64,000 nt of DNA from Chiloscyllium plagiosum (taxonomy: Eukaryota). The notes under the pieces are model-generated. The model saw only the letters and a program-made list of their open reading frames with translations. It was not told the DNA's origin and did no database searches. The translations under genes and the position numbers were made by a program. Each line of letters starts with the position of its first letter. Within the stretch, counting starts at the first letter, position 1. Location of the stretch: contig NC_057718.1 in the NCBI RefSeq assembly GCF_004010195.1, forward strand, positions 78,666,935 through 78,730,934, in the 5' to 3' direction. Shown here piece after piece: positions 50,022-61,200 of the stretch.

Positions 50022-50295
50022 TCAGTCTGGAGCTGCCATGCACGGCTGCTTATGTTTGCACTGGACATGGTAGACAGGGAGAAATCAGCAACCTGCTCTG
50101 GGGACAGGGTCCTTGAGGTCCTGCTGCATGAAATGGTGCCAAAGTGAAATTTTCTCTTCCTCTACAACCAGCAGATGAGGTCATGGCACCAGACCATGCC
50201 AGTCTGGTTTCAGTTTTCACCCAGCTTAAAGCAGTCTTAGCCAATGCACTGAACCTTAGGAAGAAAGTTAATGTCCTCCTCTCTGCCAGGATAAG
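50022..50295 (+). mobile_element. PIF/Harbinger Myb/SANT-like gene remnant
   Basis: MVDREKSATCSGDRVLEVLLHEMV...LRKKVNVLLSAR with stops; same upstream motif as the 7.5 kb copy. Confidence 0.55.
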
Positions 50296-50596
50296 TGCCA
50301 CCATCTTCTTTCTGATACCTTACTCAATTTATCTCTGCTTCTGTGCCCACTTCCCACCAAAACCCATGCTCTGCCACTCTCACAGTTGCCTGCAACATCT
50401 TCCTCATGTGCTGTCACCAACCCCAATCCCTAACACCACTAACCAGCCCTCTGCAATGCCTGCTCACTCACTTGGGACACCTCCCAACCTGCACCAACCA
50501 TAATAACTCTGCCACCTACTTTCATCTCCCATAATATTTGCCTCTCTCTCGTTCCATCGGGAAAATCCACTGTAGGGCACCTTTCCTAACAACTAC

Positions 50597-50697
50597 CAGT
50601 TCCGAAGAATGGTCACTGAATTTGAAACGTTAATTCTGCTTTCTCTCCACTAATGTTGCCAGACCTGCTGACTTTCTCCAGTGATTTCTGCTTTTAT
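50597..50697 (+). mobile_element. Penelope-like family C single arm (decayed)
   Basis: gttccgaagaatggtcactgaatttgaaacgttaattctg...gccagacctgctgac. Confidence 0.65.
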
Positions 50698-50741
50698 CCT
50701 GCGAAGGCTCATGTTTCATCCCTCTCACTATTATATACAAC

Positions 50742-51047
50742 ATGGTGGCACAGTGGTTAGCACTGCTGCCTCACAGCGCCAGAGACCCGGTTTCAATTCC
50801 GGCCTCAGGCTGTGTGGAGTTTGCACATTCTCCCCGTGCCTGCGTGGGTTTCCTCCGGGTGCTCCGGTTTCCTCCCACAGTCCAAAAATGTGCAGGTTAG
50901 GTGAATTGACCATGCTAAATTGCCCGTACTGTTAGGTGAAGGGGTAAATGTAGGGGAATGGGTCTGGGTGGGTTGCACTTCGGGGGGTTGGTGTGGACTT
51001 GTTGGGCCAAAGGGACTGTTTCCACACTGTAAGTAATCTAAGTAATC
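50742..51047 (+). mobile_element. HE1/V-SINE-like SINE
   Basis: Same head, core and aagtaatct tail as 43245-43553. Confidence 0.9.
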
Positions 51048-51611
51048 TCCTCTGACTCACTCTCACCTACTCCAAACCCCTACCTTCCGAACCTTGCATG
51101 GCTTCTGTGCTGCATACTTACCACCTTTCCCCACCAGCATTAGCAGTAACAGGGCTGCTGCCCACTTTCAGCTCAATCAATTTGTCCCTTCTTCTCATTC
51201 CAGAGGAAACAAGCTCTGCTGTTATTTATAGGTGACCAGTCATCTGAACTGCTGCTCACCTATAAATATCAGTAACTACATGTTTTTTCCTCAGGTTCGA
51301 TGAGTTCCCTAACTTCTCTAGCTAACCACAGATTATGGGTCCTGTCCTAAGAATATTCTTTATGCCAGGATGTATTTATTCTGATATATTTCTTTGAATG
51401 TCTGCCATTACTTTTCTACTGACCTATCTCCTCTCCTAATATTCTAGTTTAATTTAGCTGGTTCAGCTTTCATACCCGATTGTTGCCCTTATTTAAAATA
51501 CACTCTTACATCCACTCTTCCCCCTTTCAAACTGAATCATATTCACAACTACAATAATGCACCTTTACTTTGAGGTCAATAATTCATCTTATCACAATAT
51601 CTCATCAATTC

Positions 51612-51765
51612 CGGTGCCCCAGTGGCTCAGTGTTGCCTCACAGTGCCACGGATTTGGGTTTGATTCCACCCTTGGGTGATTTGGCTGTGTGGAGTTTACA
51701 CGTTCTCCCTATATCTGCATGGGTTTCCTACCAGTGCTTTGGTTTCTTTGCACAGTCCAAAGATG
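51612..51765 (+). mobile_element. HE1/V-SINE-like SINE fragment
   Basis: Degenerate head and gtgtggagtttacacgttctccc...cacagtccaaagatg core. Confidence 0.7.
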
Positions 51766-52439
51766 AGGGTAAAAGTCACATGACACTATGTTATGAGTAA
51801 GGTTATAACCCAAACAAGGGAAACCATATTGATCTAACACTGTGCTCTACCGGAGAGTTTGTTTAAGTCTATAATTTTGATGAGTTTGCTACTTAAACAA
51901 TCTAATCTTTGCATTCTGCAATTTGCAGGTTAAACTGAGAAGGACTAAACCCTTACCGTCACAAAAATCTATGAAATCCCAGCATTAAGCAAGTTCCCAA
52001 ACAGCTTCTACGATCACAAGAGCATTTGTCAGTTTCCATGAACTCAGTTTCATGACAGAGAGACAGAAGCACTGCCTCGCACATACATTTACTTTCGTGG
52101 CCATTTTATTCATGTATTTTTTAAAATGGTGTGAAACATCTACAGACTGACATTCATAGAGAACTTATGAAAGAACAGAGAAAGCTGACATGCAACTCAC
52201 TTGTGCTCCCTTATTTCAGGAAGACAGAAGCACTGCCATCCCAGCCATCTTTGTCAACGGCCCGGCAAAATGACAGGAACACCCTGTAAAGCAATTGCTT
52301 TTGCTAAGGGCTCTGTAACTAGCCCTGAACCTAAAAAAAATCCAGTCGCTGATGATTGAGGTGCTTGTGTTTCTTTGTTTTTTCCAGCGTTTTCACGTGT
52401 TCTTCAGTAGAGGTAATCAGAATACACTTACCTCTTTGA

Positions 52440-52527
52440 TGTAACGTTTTTGTGGGACCTTGAGATCTTCTTCAGACAATCCGAAATTCAGATAATTGAT
52501 ATTTGGATAATCGAGGTTCCTCTGTAT
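52440..52527 (-). mobile_element. Pogo/Tigger-like DNA transposon end
   Basis: Minus strand TA-CAGAGGAACCTCGATTATCC followed by subterminal attatc repeats; partner TIR not found. Confidence 0.5.
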
Positions 52528-53550
52528 ACACAATACTCCAGCTGAGGTTGAACAAGTGTATCTTTTTCACAAGTTCAACATCACCTTGCTCTTGTATTGT
52601 GTGCCACTATTAATGAAGCCAAGAATACTGCATTGTTTATTTACTGCTGTCTCCATCTGTCCTGCCAATTTTGTTGATGTGTCCATATATACACCCAGGT
52701 CCCCTGCTCATGCACTTTGCTCAGAATTGAATACTTTATATAGTATTATTTTTCAGTGCTCTTCTGGCCAAAGTACAACACCTTACCTTTCTCTGCATTG
52801 AACATCATCTGCAACCTATCCTTCTACTCCACCAACTCGACATAGTGTCATCGAGTAATACAGTCAAACAGCAAGGAAACAGACCCTTAAGTCCAATCAG
52901 TCTATGCTAAAAATGTTCTCAAACTAAACTACACCCACTTGCCTGCCCTTGACCCAGATCCCTCTAAACCTTTCCTATTCATGAACTTATCCAAATGTCT
53001 TTTAAATGTTGTAACTGTACCTGCATCCAGCATTTTCACTGGCAATTCATTCCACACATGCACTAGTCTGTGTAAAGAAAAGTTGCTCCTAATGTCCTTA
53101 TTAAATCGTTCTCCTTTCTCCTTAAAAATGTGTCCCCTACTTTTCAACTCCCCCCACTCTAGGGAAAAAACCCTTGTCCTTTGCCTTATCTATGGCCCTC
53201 ATGATTTTCTCAATCTCAACATGGTCACTCCACAATCTCCTAAGCTCCAGTGAAAAAAAGTCCCAGCCTTTCCAATCTATTTTTATAACTCAAACCCTCC
53301 AGTTCTGACAACATCGCGGTAAATCCTTTTTGAGCCCTCTCTCATTTCATACAATCCTTCCTTTAGCAGCGTGATCAGAACCGGACAGTACTCCAGAACA
53401 GGCTTCACCAACATCCTGTACAACCTCAACATGACTTCCCAACTCCTATACTCAAAGGTCTGAGCAATGAAGGCAAACGTGCTAAATGCCTTCTTAATCA
53501 CGCTGTCTGCCTGTGATGCAAAATTTAATGAATTATGTACCTGAACCCCA
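52528..53550 (-). mobile_element. CR1 LINE fragments (two adjacent pieces)
   Basis: SRGHIFKEKGERFNKDIRSNF...WNELP and FEYRSWEVMLRLYRMLVKPVLEYC. Confidence 0.85.
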
Positions 53551-53667
53551 ACTGACAATTTCTTATGGATTCCCATAAATGACTTCATACCCGCACTATT
53601 CCCCAACTCTACTCAAACTGACATTCTACATTCTGATCTCCTGAAATGAGGTCACTTCTAACTATTA

Positions 53668-53827
53668 GGAGAAAGTGAGGACTGCAGATGCTGGAGATCA
53701 GAACTGAAAATGAGTTGCTGGAAAAACCCAGCAGGTCAGGCAGCATCCAAGAATGCCCGAAACGTCGATTCTCCTGCTCCTTGGATGCTGCCTGACCTGC
53801 TGCGCTTTTCCAGCAACACATTTTCAG
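53668..53827. mobile_element. Penelope-like family A palindromic insertion
   Basis: 15 bp TSD CACTTCTAACTATTA at 53653-53667 and 53828-53842. Confidence 0.87.
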
Positions 53828-54319
53828 CACTTCTAACTATTACACAAATATCATTTTTCATGAGGATCGCTCTTTCTTCTCTTTCTCTAGCTTCCATTTC
53901 TTCTTGAATATTGTGTAATCCACAATATTCAGAAGCTTGTCACACTAGAGTCATGTCATGATAATGGCTATCACATTATGTTTATTCACATCAATGTGCA
54001 TTATTGATTAACTTACTTTGAATGTTAGTTTGTTTTTGTTATCTTCGTCACATCTGATCTTGAGTACTGGTAAATTCTTAGTTTTTTTACTCTGTTCCTT
54101 CTGCCATGTTTGGACCTCCATGTTCAACATTAGTATTTGACTGTCCTGTCTTGATTCTATCCCTTCATTTGTTACATTCATCCAAGTTTAATTCCTCACG
54201 TTGCTTCTTTAGTTTAAAGCCCTCTCTAGGTTCCAGTTCAGAACCCTCCGATCGCACACCATTCTTTGAGATATATTTATCTCTCGAATCTTACTCGTCC
54301 TGTACCAATTTTCAGGTGG

Positions 54320-55030
54320 TTGAGGTAGCAATCTAGAGATTATTAGCTCTGAGGTTCCACTTGTCAATTTAGCACCTAAATGCTCATGTTCCCTCAGCAG
54401 AACTCAATTCCTGGTTCTAATCTGGCATTGGTACTGACGTGGAGCATGACCAGTGGATCTGTCCCTTTCCACTGCAGCTTCTGTTCTAGCCCAGAACAGA
54501 TATTCCAAACCCTGGTACCAAGCAGGCAACATACCCATCTGGAATTGCAATCTTTGCTGTAGTGAACAGTGTCAATCCCCCTCATTATAATGTGTTCCAC
54601 TAGCATGGCATTTCTTCTCTTGAATGGCTTGCTGTATCATGGTTCAGGCTCATCCACCCTGCAGCCCTCACTTGCATCCACACAAGCTGAGGAAAACCTC
54701 AGACCTGTTTGACAATTGCAAAGACTGAGGCTCCTGCACCTCTGCTTTTTAGGTCCCTGACTTGCCTCATTTGCAGTCACACCCAGTTTTCACTGACCAC
54801 TGACCAAATTGGAAGACTCTGCCCTAAAGGTTTGTGACCACCTCCTGTGCTAAAGGATCCTGGAAACTATCCCCTTTCCTGATACATGACAGTGCCCACT
54901 ATTCAGCTCACTACCTGAGCTGAAACTTCTACAGTCACGAGCACTAACTGCAGATGTGTTTGCCCTGGATCACACAGCACTTAGAAGCCCCTGTATTCTT
55001 CACTCACAGCACTTCACCTGCCTTACCATC
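54320..55030 (-). mobile_element. CR1 ORF1 remnant (esterase-like)
   Basis: RWVCCLLGTRVWNI...DPLVMLHVSTN, homologous to 31610-32225. Confidence 0.6.
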
Positions 55031-55819
55031 TCTAGGTGTTTATTAATTAGAATTGCGGATTGATTAATTTGTAATTAATAAAGCCAACATCTCTGAAAAT
55101 ATCTTAGCACTGCCACTTAACTTTACAATGCTGATGAAACAATACAACACTTAAACTGTAAGTTTCATCAGTATTGTGAAGTTTCTAATAACGCCAATGA
55201 CCTGGTCCTTCTGGGAGAACAGGAGTTTATCTCTTTCTGCTTCACAACTCTAAGCAAATGGGCTATTTCCTTCCTTGCCTCCTCAAGGGCATCTCTTTCC
55301 AATGCTATAATGTTAGAGTTATAGACATACGGCATGGAAACAGAGTCTTCGGTCCAACTCATCCACTCTGACAAACATCCCTACCATTTCTGCAACCCCA
55401 CCTCCCTTTTGTCCTTCACAACTTTTTTCTGAACATTTTATTTCCTTGAATATTAAGCATCCAGTTCACATCATTTTTCAGCCACCTTTTATATATTAAC
55501 ATGACCTCATATTCCCAGTTACTTCTCATTTGTTCCTCACCTAATCATTGGATTAGTTCAAGATTAGGCATTGCCACTAGAGGTCAGTATATAGTTATTA
55601 AAATGACATTTATTTGAAAATGTTAAGAAAGATTTCTAAATATTGTGTGCTTTGAAACTTGTGTGTCCAAAGTTGACATTCTGAGCCTTGAATATAAATG
55701 TTGTGAATAGATTGACTGTTTTTTATAGAAGTCACTCCATAGAGGCTGATTTCCTGTAACCAAGTCACCATTTATTTACATGTTGAGAGTCCTTCACACA
55801 GATCACCTTCCTCAGATTT

Positions 55820-57940
55820 ATTTCTTTTTTTTTCTTTTTTTTTCTTTTTTTTCTGTATGTGTAGGTGTGGGATACAGTGAAAGACACAAGGTGTACAAAT
55901 CTTTATTCAATTTCCACCACCAGGAAGAAAGGAAACACCCAAGTGCCCAACGACCAGCAGTGCCCTTCTTAGGCAGCAATGCTGTGTGATCAAACAGAGA
56001 AGGGGAGGGCAGGGATTAAATCAAAATACAGTTGGAACTGGAAATAATGCACTCCACTCCCTGCGGTGCCCACCTCCCCCTGAACAACACAAGGGTGTTG
56101 GTGGACACTGCGTGTTCCTTCTACAGAGACACCCGGGCTTTGACATAACCACTGAAGAGGGGCAGGCAATTGGCCCTAATGACCCCCTTCACAGCCCGCT
56201 GTTAGATCTGTTTGTGATTAATTTGGCCAGGCCCAGGAGCAGACCCACGAGGAGATCCTCAGACCTGCCCTCCCTCCTCCGCACCGGGTGCCCGAAGATC
56301 AGGAGCGTGGGACTGAAGTGCAACCAGAAACAGAGAAGAAGGTTTTTAAGAAAACCAAAAAGGGAGTGCAAACACCCACACCCAATATACATGTGGTCCA
56401 CAAACTCCACAGCACCACAGAACAAGCAGTTGGGCTGGAAGTCTGTGAACCACTGCAATCTGCGGTTGCAGGGGACCGCTGCGTGCAGCACCCTCCATCC
56501 CAGATCCCCGAGAGAAAGAGGGAGGACTCCCGCGTAGAGAGCCCTCCACTGGGGATCCCCGTGGTAAATGGGCACGCCAAGGCGTGTCCGGGCGGTGGGT
56601 GAGGGGGAAGAGGTGGACGGTGTGCAGCATCAGTCGATACAGGGCCCACCGTGATACTTCCTTAAAAGGGACAATACTAAAATTCCGGAGGCGGCTCAGG
56701 TTGTGGGGCACAAGTTCCCGGGGGAAGTACGGGACCTTGGGGCCAATGTGAAATTCCATCTGGGCTGGGGTGAGCGCAGACGGGATTCCACCACACACCT
56801 AAGCATTCTCCAACTGGTGCACTACGTCGGGTCTTGAGGGCGACCTCCAAACCGTCAGGGTCGACGAACAGGAGCTGCGTGTTGTAGTTGAGGTTACACA
56901 CCTGACGGAAAAAATACGTCGCCAGGGCGCACCACCTAGGAGGAGGCTCGACGTAAAGGTATCGCTGCAAGGTCTGAAGGCGGAATGTTGCGACCTGGGT
57001 GCGAACGCACACCAGCGACTGACCGCCCTCCTCAATAGGGAGACTCAGAACCTGCGCAGCGACCCAGTGCATCTTTTTGTCCCAGAAGTCGACCAACGTT
57101 CACTGGATGTCAGCGACAAAGCCAGGAGGTGGAACCAAAGTGATCAGCCGGTACCACAGCATGGCGGCCACCAGCTGGTTTATGACCAGCACTCGACTCC
57201 TGTAAGACAGCACCCAGAGTAGTTCTGTCCAGCGGCCTAGGCGGGACGAGACTTTGGCCTCCAGCTCCTGCCAGTTCACCAGCCAGGATTCCTAAGCCAG
57301 GCTGAGGTAGACCCCCAGGTAGAGGAGATGGGTGGTACTCCAGCTGAACCCCCGTAACTCCTCCGGCAGAGAGTCCACCACCAGCACTCGACTCCTGTAA
57401 GACAGCACCCAGAGTAGTTCTGTCCGGCGGCCTAGGCGAGACGAGACTTTGGCCTCCAGCTCCTGCCAGTTCACCAGCCAGGATTCCTCAGCCGGGCTGA
57501 GGTAAACCCCAGGTAGAGGAGATGGGTGGTACTCCAGCTGAACCCCCGTAACTCCTCCGGCAGAGAGTCCACCTGCCACGGACTGACCAGTAGTCTGGTA
57601 TATTTGACCCAGTTGATCCTGGCGGAAAACACTGCCGAGTACACGGCCTGGCACTTGCGCATCCTCCCCAGGTCAGCCGGGTCGGTGAAAGTGAGTAGCA
57701 CATCGTTGGCGTAGGCCAAGAAGACCACCCCCGTGCCCGCGCCGCGCAGAACCAGCCCCGACAACCTCCTCCACAAGAGGCGCAGGAAAGGCTCCACACA
57801 CAAGGAATACAGCTGGCTGGACAGGGGGCAGCCCTGACGTACTCCTCTCCCGAAGCGAAGGGGCTCTAACTGAGACCCATTAACTTTAACCAGACACTCT
57901 GCGACAGTGTAAAAAAAGTTGGATCCGGGCGACGAGATCC
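55820..57940 (-). mobile_element. Tx1-clade non-LTR retrotransposon, copy 2 (starts within RT, rearranged)
   Basis: RT motif mutated to YAND, C-terminal CLFCGAVEFVDHMYIGC zinc motif, aataaa and A-rich tail at 55820-55853; closely similar to copy 1. Confidence 0.9.
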
Positions 57941-58200
57941 TTTTTTTTGTTTTTTTTTTAAAAACAGAACCTCTAATACTCCTGTTTATTTATTTTTTTC
58001 TTCTCAGAGTGAACAGGATGTCTGACACTCCTCGTTTTTTATTACCCCCACACTACCGCCTAACTGCAGTAGGGAACCTCTGCTTTGTTTTCTTTTTTTC
58101 TTGCTCTCAGAGTGAACAGAACCCCTGTCACTCCTGTTTATATATTTTTACCCCACACTACTGCCTAACTGCGGTAGTGCTTATTTTTACCCCAGCACCA

Positions 58201-58234
<34 letters not shown>

Positions 58235-61200
58235 TGTATGAGTGTGAGACACAGTGAGAGACACAAGGTGCACGAATCTTTATTCAAATTTCCACCACCA
58301 GGAAGATAGGAAACACCCGGGTGGCCAGTGACAAGCAGTGCCCTTCACATCAAAGGGCAATGCTGTGTGATCAAACAGTAAAGGGGAGGGCAGGGATTAA
58401 AGCAAAATAGAGTTGGAGGGGGAAATAATGCACTCCACTCCCTACGGCGCCCACCTCTCCCTGAACAACTCCAGGGTGTTGGTGTACTCCGTGTGCTCCT
58501 TCTCCAAGGACACCCGGGCCCGAACGTAACCGCGGAAGAGGGGCAGGCAGTCGGCCCTAACGACCCCCTGCCTGGACCTGTTAATGGCCTGTTTGGCCAG
58601 GCCCAGGAGCAGACCCACGAGGAGGTCTTCAGACCTGCCCTCCCTCCTCCGTACCGGGTGCCCGAAGATCAGGAGCGTGGGACTGAAGTGCAACCAGAAG
58701 CAGAGGAGGAGGTTTTTCAGAAAATCAAATAGGGAGTGCAAACGCCCACACCCAATATATACATGGTCCACGGACTCCACAGCGCCACAGAACAAGAAGT
58801 TGGGCTGGGAGTCTGTGAACCACCGCAATCTGCGGTTGCAGGGGACTGCTGCGTGCAGCACCCTCCACCCTAGATCCCCGAGAGAAAGGGGGATGACTCT
58901 CGCGTACTGGGGATCCCTCCACTGGGGATCCCCACCGCCCGGTGGCAAATGGACACGCCAAGACGTGTCCGGACAGTGGATGAGGGAGAAGATGAGGGAC
59001 GGTGTGCAGCAGCAGTCTTTACAGGGCCCTCCTTTTTATATCCTTGAAAGAGACAAAATTAAAACTCCGGAGATGGCTCAGGTTGTGGGGCACAGGCTCC
59101 CGCGGGAAGTATGGGATCTTGGGGCCAATGTGAAATTCCGTCCGGGCTGGGGTGAGCGCGGACGAAATCCCACCGCACACCTGAGCGTCCTCCAACTGGT
59201 GCACTACGTCGGGTCAGAGCACTGCCGCTTTAAGGCGTCGGATGGCGGTGGCCACGTACCGGATGTCTACCACTGCCCTGCTCGCTACGTCCTGCGGCAG
59301 CGTCCAGCCCAGGCCCCCGGCACCCAGCATATCCCCAACCCTGATCACCTTTGCCGCCACGGCCCTCCCCTCCGACAGCCACTCGAACCCGCGAGTACGG
59401 AGGTGCGGATTCCTGAGCAACGGCTCCCTGACGACAGCCGCTACTCCTGCTGGAGGGTAGGCACGACGCGATACGACCATGTTCCAGACAGTGATCAGGT
59501 CCTGGTAAAAGACAGGCAGCGTCTTGAGGGCGACCTCCAAACCGTCACGGTCGACGAACAGGAGCTGCGTGTCGTAGCTGAGGTTACGCACCTGGCGGAA
59601 AAAATACGTCGCCAGGGCGCACCACCTAGGAGGAGGCTCGACGTAAAGGTATCGCCGCAAGGTCTGAAGGCGGAACGTCGCGACCTGGGTGCAGACGCAC
59701 ACCAGCGACTGACCGCCCTCCTCAATAGGGAGACCCAGAGCCTGCGCGGCGACCCAGTGCATCTTTTTGCCCCAGAAGAAATCGACCAACGTTCTCTGGA
59801 TGCCAGCGACAAAGCCAAGAGGAGGGACCAAAGTGACCAGCCGGTACCACAGCATGGCGGCCACCAGCTGGTTTATGACCAGCACTCGACTCCTGTAAGA
59901 TAGCACTCGGAGCAGTCCTGTCCAGCGGCCTAGGCGAGCCGAGACTTTGGCCTCCAGCTCCTGCCAGTTGGCCGGCCAGGATTCCTCAGCCGGGCTGAGG
60001 TAGACCCAAGTTAGAGGGGATGGGAGGTACTCCAGCTGAACCCCCGTAACTCCTCCGGCAGAGAGTCCACCCGCCACAGACCGACCAGTAGTCTGGAATA
60101 TTTGGCCCAGTTGATCCTGGCAGAAGACGCTGCCGAGTACACGGCCTGGCACTCGCGCACCCCCCCCAGGTCAGCCGGGACGCTGAAAGTGAGGAGCACG
60201 TCGTCGGCGTAGGCCGAGAGGACCACCCCCGTGCCCGCGCCGCGCAGAACCAGCCCCGACAACCTCCTCCGCAAGAGGCGCAGGAAAGGCTCCACGCACA
60301 GGGAATACAGCTGGCCGGACAGGGGGCAGCCTTGACGCACACCTCTCCCGAAGCGAAGGGGCGCCGTCAGGGACCCGTTAACTTTAACCAGACACTCTGC
60401 GGCGGCGTACAAAAGTCGGATCCGGGCGACGAACTGCGTCCCGAACCCGAATGCCCGCAGAGTCCCGAGCAGGTACTCGTGATCGACCCTGTCGGACGCC
60501 TTCTCCTGGTCGAGAGACAGGAAGGCGCTCGGCAGACCAGCCCGTCGACAGAAATGGATCAGGTCCCGGACCAGGTGGACGTTATCGTGTATCCTCCGGC
60601 CCGGGACCGTGTAGGACTGGTCCGGGTGAATCAAGTGGGCCAGCACGGAGGCCAGGCGAGAAGACAACACCCTGGCGAAGATTTTGTAGTCCGTGCTGAG
60701 GAGGGAGACCAGACACCAGTTCTTCAAAGAACGAAGGTCTCCTTTCTTTGGCAGCAGGACGATGACTGCCTTGTGCCAAGAAAGGGGCAGCTCTCCGACA
60801 TTTAGACACTCCCCCAGGACCTGTGCGTAGTCGCTCCCCAGGATGTCCCAGAACGCCCTGAAGAACTCCAGTCAGCCCGTCCAGCCCCGGGGTTTTGCCC
60901 CTCGAGAGCCGGTCGAGGGCGCCAGTCAGCTCCTCTAAAGTGACGGGAGCGTCGAGCCTTCCGGCGTCCTCCGGGCTGAGCTGCGGTAGGTCCTCCCACA
61001 GAACTCTGCGAGCATCCTCGCTGGATGGATCCTGAGAGAACAGAGCTGTGTAATAGTTTCGGACGTGGGCCCTGATGCCCTTTGGATCCGAGACGAGGGA
61101 CTCGTCGTCGGCCAGCAGCACAAGCAGCTGCTGACTGGTGCCACGCCTTTTTTCCAGCGAGTAGAAGAAGGGGGAGCCGCGGTCCAGGTCCTGGAGGAGC

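Noticed and set aside
52201..52283. Candidate plg signal-peptide exon or SLC22A3-like LPE motif exon
   Set aside because: Stops in all three frames; a much better signal-peptide exon lies at 27601-27646.
58584..59903. 439 aa plus-strand ORF and other long ORFs at 56-64 kb
   Set aside because: Antisense or off-frame shadows of the GC-rich Tx1 ORF2; no independent protein motifs.
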